NCBI GenBank assembly: GCA_005778035.1
Contig: SXKT01000014.1
Span: forward strand, 9,285 to 73,284
Direction of reading: 5' to 3'
DNA length: 64,000 bases
DNA from: Chloroflexota bacterium
GTDB taxonomy: Bacteria; Chloroflexota; Anaerolineae; Anaerolineales; Villigracilaceae
Part shown: one piece after another, positions 1 through 9,663 of the stretch
How the letters are laid out: every line of letters begins with the position of its first letter
How positions within the stretch are numbered: position 1 is the first letter of the stretch
Made by a program: the position numbers and the translations under genes
Notes under the pieces: generated by a model
What the model saw: only the letters and a program-made list of their open reading frames with translations
What the model was told of the DNA's origin: nothing
Databases searched by the model: none

Positions 1-901
1 ACTGCCCCTCCGCCATAACCCAAGCCTCTCCAGTGATAGTTGGGATGACCTGGTCCCCATCGAGCTCTATGCTACCCTCAAAAACGCTACCGACCACGCT
101 TTGTTGCCGCCATACTTGGCCGGGCAACAATTTTCCCTCGGCTGCCAAACATGCCAGTTTGGCGCTGGTACCCGTTCCGCATGGAGACCTGTCGTAAGCC
201 TTGCCAGGGCAAAGGACAAAACTTTGGCTATCGGCCTGCGGGGTGTGGGTAAACAGTTCAACATGGTCAACAACAGCGCCATCTGTACCAGTAATTTTTT
301 TTCGGGCCAATTCCTCCCTCAATTTCCAGGAGAGGTCGGTCAATGCATCAAGATTGTGCATTCCAACTTCAAGGCCATGGTTTTGTACCAGGAAGAACCA
401 ATTACCTCCCCAGGCGACATCCCCGCTGTATTCTTGCCCATCGACCACCACTGAGACATTTTTTAAGGTTCGGTATGCGTTGATATTTCTGACTGAGACG
501 CGGTTCGCATAATCGCCTCCTTGGTTTTGGTGCAATTCAGCCTCGACCACCCCAACAGGCGTTTCAATGCGTACTTTTCCTGGCGATAATCGGCCTTGGT
601 ACGCCAGGCTGGCTACGAGGCCAATTGTTCCATGCCCGCACATACCCAAGTAACCAACATTGTTGAAGAAAATTACACCATAATCACAATTTGGCAAACT
701 CGGTTTAACTAATAATGCCCCTACCATCACATCAGATCCTCTTGGTTCGTTTAGTACCATCGAGCGGAAGTGGTCAAATTTGGTTCGGAAGACCTCCCTG
801 CGTTCAGCCAGGCTGCCGGTTCCCAAGTCTGGAGCACCATGTTCCACAAGCCGGGTGGGTTCTCCGCCGGTATGTGAGTCAAGGTAAGGTATTTTTAACA
901 T
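1..901 (-). CDS. Proline racemase / 4-hydroxyproline 2-epimerase family protein (3' end lies beyond the window edge)
   Basis: Uninterrupted minus-strand frame from ATG at 901 down to position 1. It is missing from the ORF track only because its stop is outside the window. Hand translation: MLKIPYLDSHTGGEPTRLV..FFNNVGYLGMCGHGTIG..GDVAWGGNWFFLV..LCPGKAYDRSPCGTGTSAKLACL. Both catalytic Cys contexts (MCGH, SPCGTG) of the proline-racemase superfamily are present. Confidence 0.85.
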   Translation of the reverse strand, partial: MLKIPYLDSHTGGEPTRLVEHGAPDLGTGSLAERREVFRTKFDHFRSMVLNEPRGSDVMVGALLVKPSLPNCDYGVIFFNNVGYLGMCGHGTIGLVASLAYQGRLSPGKVRIETPVGVVEAELHQNQGGDYANRVSVRNINAYRTLKNVSVVVDGQEYSGDVAWGGNWFFLVQNHGLEVGMHNLDALTDLSWKLREELARKKITGTDGAVVDHVELFTHTPQADSQSFVLCPGKAYDRSPCGTGTSAKLACLAAEGKLLPGQVWRQQSVVGSVFEGSIELDGDQVIPTITGEAWVMAEGQ

Positions 902-904
902 TGC

Positions 905-1789
905 TTATAACCCGCGAACTGTGTTCATGAATAATGTTTCAAAAGCAGGTTGTTGGTCTGCATCCAGTGGTAGCAAAGGCCTGCGTGGAGCGCCCACGTT
1001 GAAACCACGAAGGGTACATCCCAGCTTAACCTTTTGGGTGTAAGAACCACTTTCCATGTTCTTTAGAACAGGCAGAACCTTTTCCATTGCCATTCTGGCG
1101 CCAACCAGGTCACCACCTGAAGCGGCATCAAGTACCGCTACATGATGTTCGGGTAAACATGAAGCAGCACCCCCGATCCAACATTCTGTTCCCCAGGCAA
1201 AATAGTCAAAAGCTTGATCATCAGACCCGCATACGATCTGGTATCGATCACCGAATTGGACCTTTATTTCCAACACACGAGAGAGGTCACTGCTGGCTTC
1301 CTTTAGCCCCAAAACATTTTTATACGGCAACAATCCCTCCAACACCTCCATGCCGACTTCAGTGCCGGCGCGCCAAGGAAAATTGTAGAGAATGACCGGA
1401 AGGTCAACTGATCGGACAACATCAATGTAGTGCGAAAGAAGCTCTTTTTGGTTGGGGCGGGAGTATGGTGGCACAGCTACCATTAGCGAATCGTAGCCCA
1501 TTTTTTGGGCTGATTCGGCATACATGATCACATCTCGGGTTGCACCGCTATTAACGCCAGCCATCAAATGGGCACGCCCATTGTTGTGATCCTTAAAAAA
1601 TTTGAAAACATCCAGCCTTTCCTGGTGGGTATAGGCATACACCTCCCCGGTGGTTCCCCCAGGAACAAAGCCGCTGATCCCTTTTTCTAGCAAGAAATCG
1701 ATCAAACTGCCTAAAATTTTAAAGTCGATGTTTTCGTTCTTGTCAAAGGGTGTTACAACTGGGGCGTAAACTCCACGCAATTTCATCAT
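905..1789 (-). CDS. DapA / N-acetylneuraminate-lyase family enzyme; by context a candidate 1-pyrroline-4-hydroxy-2-carboxylate deaminase
   Basis: Start moved to ATG 1789 (MMKLRGVYAPVVTPF), directly after the NUDIX stop. GTTGE motif, YNFP, and Schiff-base Lys context GLKEAS. The stop lies 4 nt upstream of the epimerase-family start. Confidence 0.8.
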   Translation of the reverse strand: MMKLRGVYAPVVTPFDKNENIDFKILGSLIDFLLEKGISGFVPGGTTGEVYAYTHQERLDVFKFFKDHNNGRAHLMAGVNSGATRDVIMYAESAQKMGYDSLMVAVPPYSRPNQKELLSHYIDVVRSVDLPVILYNFPWRAGTEVGMEVLEGLLPYKNVLGLKEASSDLSRVLEIKVQFGDRYQIVCGSDDQAFDYFAWGTECWIGGAASCLPEHHVAVLDAASGGDLVGARMAMEKVLPVLKNMESGSYTQKVKLGCTLRGFNVGAPRRPLLPLDADQQPAFETLFMNTVRGL

Positions 1790-1790
1790 A

Positions 1791-2222
1791 TTAAGCTCCT
1801 CGGAAATTATTTTGATACTCCAGCAGAATGGGTGCCATTGGCGGGCTGATATCGGCTGGTAAGGCAAAAAGGGAATACCAAGCCCAGGCAGAATGTTCGT
1901 AGTTCAAACGAATTTCACTACCCTGAACGGTGGTTGCGGTATATATGACGGTGACATTGTACACTTTATCGCCATTTGGGTAGGTGTAATCAAACTCTGG
2001 CCCGGAATAAACATTGTATAATGCCAGTTTACCCAGCATCAAACCAGTCTCCTCAAAAACCTCCCGCCTCAGGGCTTCATCGATCCGCTCTCCCGGTTCG
2101 GTGGAACCTCCAGGCGGCCCCCAGCAATGGTTGTCGGTCCTATTTAATAGGAGAAGCCTGCCGTCCTCATCAGTGATGAGCGCGGCAACACCCACCATTA
2201 GGATGGGATGGTGGCCGACCAA
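1791..2222 (-). CDS. NUDIX hydrolase
   Basis: Nudix box GGSTEPGERIDEALRREVFEETG in a 143-aa ORF. Confidence 0.85.
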   Translation of the reverse strand: MVGHHPILMVGVAALITDEDGRLLLLNRTDNHCWGPPGGSTEPGERIDEALRREVFEETGLMLGKLALYNVYSGPEFDYTYPNGDKVYNVTVIYTATTVQGSEIRLNYEHSAWAWYSLFALPADISPPMAPILLEYQNNFRGA

Positions 2223-2332
2223 TTGCCTTAAGGACTGAATGTATTCTATGGGCTGAATTAAACCATTAAACCGATAAAAAGGTACCCGAAAATACTATAA
2301 TCATTACTCGAAATCATATTTAGGATGGATGC

Positions 2333-4261
2333 ATGCACCCACATAAATTTATCAATCGGCTTAGCGCTGATAATCAAAAAACCACACCGATCACCAGAAG
2401 TTTGCTGATGCGCATATTGCGGTATGGCATCGCATATCGATGGCATTTGCTGGGAATGTTGGCGTGCATTCTTTTGGTATCGGCCCTCAATTTGCTGACC
2501 CCTTACATATTCCGCCAAATGATCGACCAGGTACTGCCGGCCGCTGATCTGCGCCAACTTTGGGTTCTCACGGTGATCCTCTTTACGGTACCAGTGGTAC
2601 GGGGAGCCGTCGCTGTTTTCCAGCGCAAGCTAAATGCCCAAGTAGGTGAGGGGGTCATCTTTCGGTTGCGGGTTCAGCTGTACGAAAAATTGCAAACGAT
2701 GGGGATCAGGTTTTACACTCAAACCCACATCGGTGAGATCATGAGCCGATTAAATTCGGATGTGATCGGTGCGCAAAACGCAATTAGCAATACAATCGTT
2801 CAAATTGTCACCAACGTCGTGCAGGCAACTTCGGTCTTCCTTGTGCTGGTTAGCATGCAATGGCAACTGACTATCGCCGGCTTGTTGATCTTGCCATTTT
2901 TTATCTACCTGTCCAAAATTCTTGGCAACAAAATGGGCGAGATAGCTCGCAGATCGATGGAGCATAATGCGGGAATGAACTCGCATATGACTGAGACATT
3001 GAATATTGGAGGTGTTTTTCTTTCTAAACTGTTTGGTCGCCAAAAAGCTGAAAGCATTCGATTTACCAGCGCGGCTGAAAAGGTACGTGATATTGGGGTG
3101 GAACGAGCCATGTTTAGCACAGGTTTTATGTTGGCGGTGGGCTTGGTTGGCGCATTTGGGACTGCAATGGTGTACGGGATTGGCGGCAATTTGGTTATCG
3201 AAAAGGCACTCACAATCGGCACGATCGTGGCTTTTGGTGCTTACCTCGAGCAACTATACTCGGCGTTGCAAAACTTATCCAATGCACCGGTGGATTTTAA
3301 GGTTAGTTTGGTAAGTTTTGAACGCGTCTTTGAGTTGTTGGATCTGCCAGTTGAAATTGTGGAACCCAAGGAGGCAATTGAGCTGGAATCTGCGAACGGT
3401 GAGTTGGAATTTGTGGGCGTGGGTTTCAACTACCGATCTGATCAGTATGCGGGTTTGCAACCGGTGGCTCGTCCAGGTAGTTCCACCAGTTCTATGGAGG
3501 ACAAGGTTCAGGTGTCCGTTGATGAGAAGCCTGGTGCATATTCGCAAGCTCGGGTTGATGCACTTACCGATATCTCCTTCAGGGTGATGCCAGGAAAAAT
3601 GACAGCGATCGTAGGCCCATCGGGCGCGGGCAAAACTACAGTAACCTATCTCATCCCGCGGTTGTACGACCCAACTGTGGGGTCGATCCTTTTGGATGGG
3701 TTTGACCTGCGCAGCCTGAGCCTGAACAGTTTGGGTCGGCATATTGGCATGGTAACACAAGACAATTACCTGTTTCATGATACGATCCGGGCGAATATTC
3801 TGTATGGAAAGCCGAACGCCACAGATGAGGAGTTGGTAAAGGCTGCCAAAGTTGCAAATATTCACGCATTTATTTCAGGCTTGCCGCATGGGTATGATAC
3901 AGTGGTCGGCGAACGGGGTTACCGCCTGAGTGGTGGAGAGAAACAACGTATCGCACTTGCAAGGGTGATCATCAAAGATCCCCGGATTTTGGTGTTGGAC
4001 GAAGCAACCAGCAGTTTGGATAGCGAATCGGAAGCATTGATCCAACAGTCGATGAAACAGATCATGGCTGGCCGAACTTCGATCGTAATTGCCCACCGAT
4101 TGAGTACTGTTCTGGCCGCGGATGAGATCTTGGTGATGGATCGTGGCCGAATTGTGGAACGAGGAAACCACATACAACTATTACAGTTGGATGGTTTGTA
4201 TAAACAATTGTATGATACCCAATTTTCAACTGCGCAATCGCCCGATAGTTGGGCGAAATAA
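2333..4261 (+). CDS. ABC exporter, fused permease/ATPase (MsbA-like)
   Basis: 642 aa. Hydrophobic N-terminal half. C-terminal NBD with Walker A GPSGAGKTT, signature LSGGEKQR and Walker B ILVLDEATS. Confidence 0.9.
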   Translation: MHPHKFINRLSADNQKTTPITRSLLMRILRYGIAYRWHLLGMLACILLVSALNLLTPYIFRQMIDQVLPAADLRQLWVLTVILFTVPVVRGAVAVFQRKLNAQVGEGVIFRLRVQLYEKLQTMGIRFYTQTHIGEIMSRLNSDVIGAQNAISNTIVQIVTNVVQATSVFLVLVSMQWQLTIAGLLILPFFIYLSKILGNKMGEIARRSMEHNAGMNSHMTETLNIGGVFLSKLFGRQKAESIRFTSAAEKVRDIGVERAMFSTGFMLAVGLVGAFGTAMVYGIGGNLVIEKALTIGTIVAFGAYLEQLYSALQNLSNAPVDFKVSLVSFERVFELLDLPVEIVEPKEAIELESANGELEFVGVGFNYRSDQYAGLQPVARPGSSTSSMEDKVQVSVDEKPGAYSQARVDALTDISFRVMPGKMTAIVGPSGAGKTTVTYLIPRLYDPTVGSILLDGFDLRSLSLNSLGRHIGMVTQDNYLFHDTIRANILYGKPNATDEELVKAAKVANIHAFISGLPHGYDTVVGERGYRLSGGEKQRIALARVIIKDPRILVLDEATSSLDSESEALIQQSMKQIMAGRTSIVIAHRLSTVLAADEILVMDRGRIVERGNHIQLLQLDGLYKQLYDTQFSTAQSPDSWAK

Positions 4262-4289
4262 ACAGGTTTGGATACGTTAAAATCAAGGT

Positions 4290-5120
4290 ATGGGTATTCT
4301 TTATATTGTTGCAACCCCAATAGGTAATTTGGAAGACATTACCCTAAGGGCGTTGCGTATATTACGGGAAGTAGTATTGATCGCCGCAGAAGATACCCGC
4401 CATACACGGCATTTATTGACCCATTTCGATATTCACACTCCGGTAACCAGTTATTTTGAGCATAACAAATTGCAAAAAATCGAGCAAATTCGGGCTGCTT
4501 TAGAGCGTGGCGATGTTGCGTTGGTCTCGGATGCCGGCACTCCAACGATCAATGACCCCGGCTACGAGTTGGTACGGTTCGCGGTGGAACAAGGGATCAC
4601 CGTTTGCCCGATCCCGGGACCTTCCTCGCCGATCGCTGCCTTATCCGCTGCCGGGTTGCCAGCGAGCACTTTTTTGTTCATGGGCTATCTTCCCCGAAAA
4701 GCCAAGGAGATCCAAAAATTGTTGGCCGGGCGGTGCTCTGAGCCAGCAGTGATGGTATTTTTGGAAAGCCCAAACCGGGTGCGGGATAGCCTGGCTACGA
4801 TAGGTGAGATTTTTCCGGACCGAAGGGTGGTGTTGGGCAGAGAGATCACCAAAAAATTTGAGCAGTTTTTGCGAGGATCAGCAGCAGAGGTATTAAAGGA
4901 ATTACCGGAAACCCCGCTTGGTGAAATGGTATTGTTGATCGAAGGAATTGAAAACCAAGCAAGGGAGCCTGTAACGATGCAAGAAGCGATTAACCAATTG
5001 GTGCCTTTGCTTGATAATGGCATTCGGTTGAAGGATGCCGTAGGACAAGTGGCGGAAAACGGAAATGTCAACAAAAAAGAACTCTACGCCGCGGCGACAA
5101 AATATTTTTCTGAAAGGTAA
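4290..5120 (+). CDS. rsmI: 16S rRNA (cytidine1402-2'-O)-methyltransferase
   Basis: N-terminus LYIVATPIGNLEDITLRAL and the length (276 aa) are typical of RsmI (tetrapyrrole-methylase fold). Confidence 0.85.
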   Translation: MGILYIVATPIGNLEDITLRALRILREVVLIAAEDTRHTRHLLTHFDIHTPVTSYFEHNKLQKIEQIRAALERGDVALVSDAGTPTINDPGYELVRFAVEQGITVCPIPGPSSPIAALSAAGLPASTFLFMGYLPRKAKEIQKLLAGRCSEPAVMVFLESPNRVRDSLATIGEIFPDRRVVLGREITKKFEQFLRGSAAEVLKELPETPLGEMVLLIEGIENQAREPVTMQEAINQLVPLLDNGIRLKDAVGQVAENGNVNKKELYAAATKYFSER

Positions 5121-5132
5121 AGGAATTCGAAA

Positions 5133-6197
5133 ATGAATCTTGATGACCTAAGCTTGATCTCAAAGATCGATAGCCTTCGAATGATCGATGAGATCAATAA
5201 CTTGCCAAACCAACTCACCGAAGCCTGGGAAATGGCACAGAAAATGCCCTTGCCAAAGGCAACAGCGCCCACGGCTGTGGTTATCAGCGGCATGGGTGGG
5301 TCAGCGATCGGAGCGGACCTGCTGCGAAGTTATGTAACCGACGAGGTAAGAATCCCGGTCATTGTGAGCAGAGACTACTCGATCCCAGCTTTTGCCAAGG
5401 GATCATCAGTTTTATTCATTGCCTCATCCCATTCCGGGAATACAGAGGAGACACTGGAAGCAATTTCTGCCGCCAGAGAAGCGGGATGTACTTGCATGGT
5501 GGTAACCACCGGTGGCAAGTTAGCCGATTACGCCCAGGAATACAAAATCCCGGCTTGGATTTTTTCGCACAAAGGCCAACCACGTGCCGCTGTGGGTTAT
5601 TCCTTTGGATTGTTACTCGCGTTGTTTTGTCGGATTGGTTTATTACCTGACCATGAAAGCATCATTCTGGAAACAACCAAAGTGATGATGGTGGAGCAGA
5701 AAAAGTTCCTGCCCGAAATTCCGGCAACCCATAACCCAGCCAAACGTTATGCCGGGCAATTGGTTGATCGCTGGGTGACCATTTTTGGGTCTGGTTTATT
5801 ATCTGTAGTTGCTGCCCGATGGAAAGGCCAGATAAACGAGTTAGCCAAAGCCCCGGCAAATTTTGAGGTTTTGCCAGAAGCAGACCATAACACTCTCGCG
5901 GGCATCATCAACCCTGAAGACGTGCTGGCATCACGGTCGTTTAGCATGTTTTTAGAATGTGGGTTTGGCCACGCACGAAACACACTTCGGAGCCGAATAA
6001 CACGCCAAACGTACATGCTTGAAGGTTTGAACACTGATGTGTTCACAGCGGTAGGAAGTACACGATTACAACAAATGTGGACCACTATTCACTTTGGCGA
6101 TTACCTTGCCTATTACCTGGCAATTGCCTACCAAACTGATCCCACTCCGGTAGAAGCCCTTATAACCCTAAAAAAAACCTTGGCAAGCCAAAAATGA
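5133..6197 (+). CDS. Bifunctional phosphoglucose/phosphomannose isomerase family (SIS domain) protein
   Basis: 354 aa. SIS motif GMGGSAIG. Overall pattern of the PGI/PMI family. Confidence 0.75.
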   Translation: MNLDDLSLISKIDSLRMIDEINNLPNQLTEAWEMAQKMPLPKATAPTAVVISGMGGSAIGADLLRSYVTDEVRIPVIVSRDYSIPAFAKGSSVLFIASSHSGNTEETLEAISAAREAGCTCMVVTTGGKLADYAQEYKIPAWIFSHKGQPRAAVGYSFGLLLALFCRIGLLPDHESIILETTKVMMVEQKKFLPEIPATHNPAKRYAGQLVDRWVTIFGSGLLSVVAARWKGQINELAKAPANFEVLPEADHNTLAGIINPEDVLASRSFSMFLECGFGHARNTLRSRITRQTYMLEGLNTDVFTAVGSTRLQQMWTTIHFGDYLAYYLAIAYQTDPTPVEALITLKKTLASQK

Positions 6198-6715
6198 ACC
6201 CAATTGTCGTTACACTCCGCTTGACTTTTCTCCCGTTTAGCCTTGCGGATGCGCCGCATATTTTGCGCTTGCTCAATGATCCCGCCTTCATACAAAATAT
6301 TGGCGACAAACAAGTGAGGACTGTGGAAGATGCACGTGCTTATCTGACAGGTGGTCCGTTACAGAGTTATTCCGATAATGGATTTGGTCTGTGGAAAGTA
6401 ATTGAAACGAAAAATAATGAATTTGCGGGAATGTGCGGTTTGATAAAAAGAGATAGCCTGCCCTGCGTTGATATTGGTTACGCATTTTTACCCCAATACC
6501 GCGGAGCAGGGATTGGAACAGAAGCCGCCCTCGCTTGCAAGCAAATTGCGTCTACAGTTTACGGCTTGAGTGAACTTTGCGGGATCTCAAACGCCGAAAA
6601 CACAGCATCTATTTGCGTGTTGAAGAAACTTGGGATGAAGCATCAAAAGACCATTCGCTTGCCCCAGGCAACCGCTGATGTAGAACTATATTGGGTATCT
6701 TTGGCCGGCCAATGA
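6194..6715 (+). CDS. GNAT family N-acetyltransferase (RimJ/RimL-like)
   Basis: 173 aa. Acetyl-CoA loop QYRGAGIGTEA. ATGA overlap with the upstream gene. Confidence 0.8.
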   Translation: MNPIVVTLRLTFLPFSLADAPHILRLLNDPAFIQNIGDKQVRTVEDARAYLTGGPLQSYSDNGFGLWKVIETKNNEFAGMCGLIKRDSLPCVDIGYAFLPQYRGAGIGTEAALACKQIASTVYGLSELCGISNAENTASICVLKKLGMKHQKTIRLPQATADVELYWVSLAGQ

Positions 6716-7494
6716 TCTCATCACCCCATAACCCGCAATTAAAACATGTTCGCGCGTTAGCCGGCCGTTCAAAGGACCGCCGAGCTGCCGGTGCATATTT
6801 GGTTGAAGGGGTTCGTTTGGTGGAGGCGTTGCTGGATAGCGGCCAAAAAATTGAAAGCATCTATTACAGCGATGACGCATCCAACCGGGCTGTCCGCCTG
6901 ATCCAACGGTTGGAATTATCAGGTTATGGGTGTGAAGCGGTGCTTTCCAGCGTTTTTAAGACGATCTGCGAAACCGAGACCAGCCAGGGGATATTGGCTG
7001 TCGTAAAAATCCCCATGGCGGATTCGCGAGACATGCTCGAGGATGACCTCATCCTTGTCCCAGACCAGATTCGCGATCCTGGAAACCTCGGCACATTGTT
7101 GCGCAGTGCGGTAGCTGCCGGAGTAACTAGGGTGATCATTCCCCCAGAGACGGTTGACCCGTATGCCCCCAAGGTTGTAAGAAGCGCAATGGGTGCGCAT
7201 TTTTCGTTGGAAATAACCCCGATGGAATGGGACCGTATTCAAGAAGCATTATCTGGGTATGTTGTATATTTGGCGGCTGCCGATGGCGAGATTGGCCTCT
7301 GGCAAGCAGATTTTCACTCGAAGACCGCCATCATCATTGGAGGCGAGGCAGAAGGAGCAGGAACTTTTGCCCGAACTGTCAGCAATGTCACTGTAAGCAT
7401 CCCAATGAAAGGTAAAATAGAGTCACTTAACGCTGGCGTAGCTGGTTCGATCATTCTTTTTGAAGTTTTACGGCAGAGGAGCGAAAATAAATGA
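6712..7494 (+). CDS. TrmH/SpoU family RNA 2'-O-methyltransferase
   Basis: SpoU motifs IIIGGEAEG and ESLNAGVAGSIILFE. Start set at ATG 6712, which forms an ATGA overlap with the GNAT stop; the ORF track's start at 6691 is also possible. Confidence 0.8.
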   Translation: MISSPHNPQLKHVRALAGRSKDRRAAGAYLVEGVRLVEALLDSGQKIESIYYSDDASNRAVRLIQRLELSGYGCEAVLSSVFKTICETETSQGILAVVKIPMADSRDMLEDDLILVPDQIRDPGNLGTLLRSAVAAGVTRVIIPPETVDPYAPKVVRSAMGAHFSLEITPMEWDRIQEALSGYVVYLAAADGEIGLWQADFHSKTAIIIGGEAEGAGTFARTVSNVTVSIPMKGKIESLNAGVAGSIILFEVLRQRSENK

Positions 7495-8720
7495 AGATCC
7501 GTTCCATCACATATTTCACAAACATAGGCTGGCCTATCAAGGAAGAGAAAGTCAATGAAGCCGGTTTGTTTTTGTTCGCTGCCAAAAACGAATTTGAAAA
7601 AGCCGGTTTTGAGGTGCAAACCACCCGGCTTGCGACGACGCCATTCCCAACCATTTTAGGCACAGACCTGATCGGTTTGTTGCCAAGAATGGCGCAAAAA
7701 TTGGATGGAATGTTAGCCTCGCACTCGATTGATTTTGCAAGTTTGGGGCCGGCCACCTACGATGTTCCAGAATCATACGAATTGGTGTCTGACGCGATCT
7801 CTGTAACCCAAAATATCTTTTTTTCAGGGGTTATAGCGGACCACCAATCAGGGGTTCACTTGCGCCATTTGCGCTCGGCAGCAAAATTGATTTTGGATAA
7901 CAGCAAAGCCAGTAAAGATGGATTTGGCAACCTGCGGTTTACTGCTCTGGCAAATGTTAAACCCGGGTCGCCATTCTTTCCGGCAGCTTACCATATGGGT
8001 GACCTGCCCACATTCGCCATTGCGGTTGAGGCTGCCGACCTTGCTGTTGACGCATTTAGCAATGCTGGAACTTTGGGAGAAGGCGGAAAGGCTTTCCAGC
8101 TCGCTGTTCAGGCTGCGGTCGCAAAACTCAATTCTGCCGCAGACCAATTAAAGTATCGTTTCAACATCCGATTCGGCGGCATAGATTTTTCCTTGGCTCC
8201 ATTCCCCGGTATGCAAACCTCTATCGGGGCGGCAATCGAATCTTTCGGCATTCAGCAGATCGGAAATCATGGCAGTTTGGCCGCAGCTGGTATCCTGATG
8301 AGTTATTTGGACCAATGCGAACTACCGCGAGTAGGTTTTTCTGGTTTGATGTTTCCTGTTCTGGAGGATTCTGCCCTTGCCAAAAGCGCCACCGATGGCG
8401 TTCTGTCAATCAAAGACCTTTTGTTATACTCCACGGTTTGTGGCAGCGGTTTGGATACGATCCCATTACCTGGTGACACGTCCATAGACCAAATATATGC
8501 TTTGTTATGTGATGTGGCGGTACTATCCTTGCGCCTGAACAAACAATTAACAACCAGATTGTTGCCTGTACCCGGTAAAAAAGCGGGGGAAATGACCGAC
8601 TTTGAGTTTGATTATTTTGTCAATGGCAACGTTTTGCCCATTGACGCCAAGCCTCTGCGTTCTTTATTGGCAGCCCCTGAAATCCTCAATATTAATAGCC
8701 GTTACGAATCTCAGAAATAG
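7491..8720 (+). CDS. DUF711 / UPF0210 family protein
   Basis: 409 aa. N-terminus MKIRSITYF and the overall pattern match my recollection of UPF0210. ATGA overlap with the upstream stop. Confidence 0.7.
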   Translation: MKIRSITYFTNIGWPIKEEKVNEAGLFLFAAKNEFEKAGFEVQTTRLATTPFPTILGTDLIGLLPRMAQKLDGMLASHSIDFASLGPATYDVPESYELVSDAISVTQNIFFSGVIADHQSGVHLRHLRSAAKLILDNSKASKDGFGNLRFTALANVKPGSPFFPAAYHMGDLPTFAIAVEAADLAVDAFSNAGTLGEGGKAFQLAVQAAVAKLNSAADQLKYRFNIRFGGIDFSLAPFPGMQTSIGAAIESFGIQQIGNHGSLAAAGILMSYLDQCELPRVGFSGLMFPVLEDSALAKSATDGVLSIKDLLLYSTVCGSGLDTIPLPGDTSIDQIYALLCDVAVLSLRLNKQLTTRLLPVPGKKAGEMTDFEFDYFVNGNVLPIDAKPLRSLLAAPEILNINSRYESQK

Positions 8721-8739
8721 ATCAAGTTGGAGCAAACAA

Positions 8740-9657
8740 ATGACTGATAGCAATTTCGCTTATTTCGAAGGTAAGATCGTCGCCTTTGGCGACGCCAAGA
8801 TCAGCATTGCAGCACATGGCTTAAATTACGGCACTGCGGCATTCGCTGGGATTCGCGGATACTGGGATGAAGGACTGAAGAAGATGTTCCTTTTTAGGCC
8901 AGTGGATCATTACAAACGGTTTTTATCGGCTGCAAAGATCTTGGCTATGGACCTGAATCACACCCCTGAGAGCCTGACCCAAATAACCATTGACTTGCTA
9001 AAAAAGGAACAATTCTCAACCGATGTTTATGTCCGGCCACTTTGTTACAAGGCCGATCCTGGTATCGGTGTCAGGTTGCATGATCTTCGTGACGAAGTTT
9101 CCATTTTTGCCATCCCATTTGGCCATTATGGTAAGAATGAAGATGGTGCACACGTTACCATTTCCTCATGGAGGCGGATCGATGACAACGTCATCCCCGC
9201 CCGTGGAAAGATCAGCGGTGCTTATGCCAATTCAGCTCTTATAAAAACGGATGCCATTCGGGCGGGATTTGATGAAGCGCTTGTGTTGGACCACAACGGC
9301 CATATTTCGGAAGGCACCGCTATGAATGTATTTATCGTGAGGGACGGGGAATTGATCACCCCGCCTGTTTATGAGAATATACTGGAGGGCATTACCAGAA
9401 AATCAATCATCCAGCTTGCGCGTGAAGAGTTGGGGATTAAAGTGGTGGAACGTTCAATTGACCGTACCGAGACGTTCCTGGCGGATGAGTTGTTCCTAAC
9501 CGGTACTGCTGCCCAGGTTATGGTTGTGAATCGGGTTGACCATCGAACGGTTGGAACCGGAAAAATTGGGCCGATCACATCCGCCTTGCGCAGCCTGTTT
9601 GATGACGTGGCGCACGGAAAAGTGGAGAAATATCGCCACTGGAATGTAGAAGTTTAA
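8740..9657 (+). CDS. ilvE: Branched-chain amino acid aminotransferase (class IV)
   Basis: MTDSNFAYFEGKIVAFGDAKISI.. class IV aminotransferase pattern. Start moved to ATG 8740 (GGAG 7 nt upstream) because the 8602 extension overlaps the DUF711 gene. Confidence 0.85.
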   Translation: MTDSNFAYFEGKIVAFGDAKISIAAHGLNYGTAAFAGIRGYWDEGLKKMFLFRPVDHYKRFLSAAKILAMDLNHTPESLTQITIDLLKKEQFSTDVYVRPLCYKADPGIGVRLHDLRDEVSIFAIPFGHYGKNEDGAHVTISSWRRIDDNVIPARGKISGAYANSALIKTDAIRAGFDEALVLDHNGHISEGTAMNVFIVRDGELITPPVYENILEGITRKSIIQLAREELGIKVVERSIDRTETFLADELFLTGTAAQVMVVNRVDHRTVGTGKIGPITSALRSLFDDVAHGKVEKYRHWNVEV

Positions 9658-9663
9658 TCTGCC

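Noticed and set aside
67-512. ORF-track entries 67-282 (-), 101-454 (+) and 201-512 (+).
   Set aside because: They have no recognisable motifs. All lie inside the well-supported proline-racemase-family frame (1-901, minus strand), so they are shadow frames.
8602-8739. An upstream extension of the ilvE ORF.
   Set aside because: It overlaps the DUF711 gene by 119 nt. ATG 8740 has a GGAG RBS and gives a typical class IV aminotransferase N-terminus.
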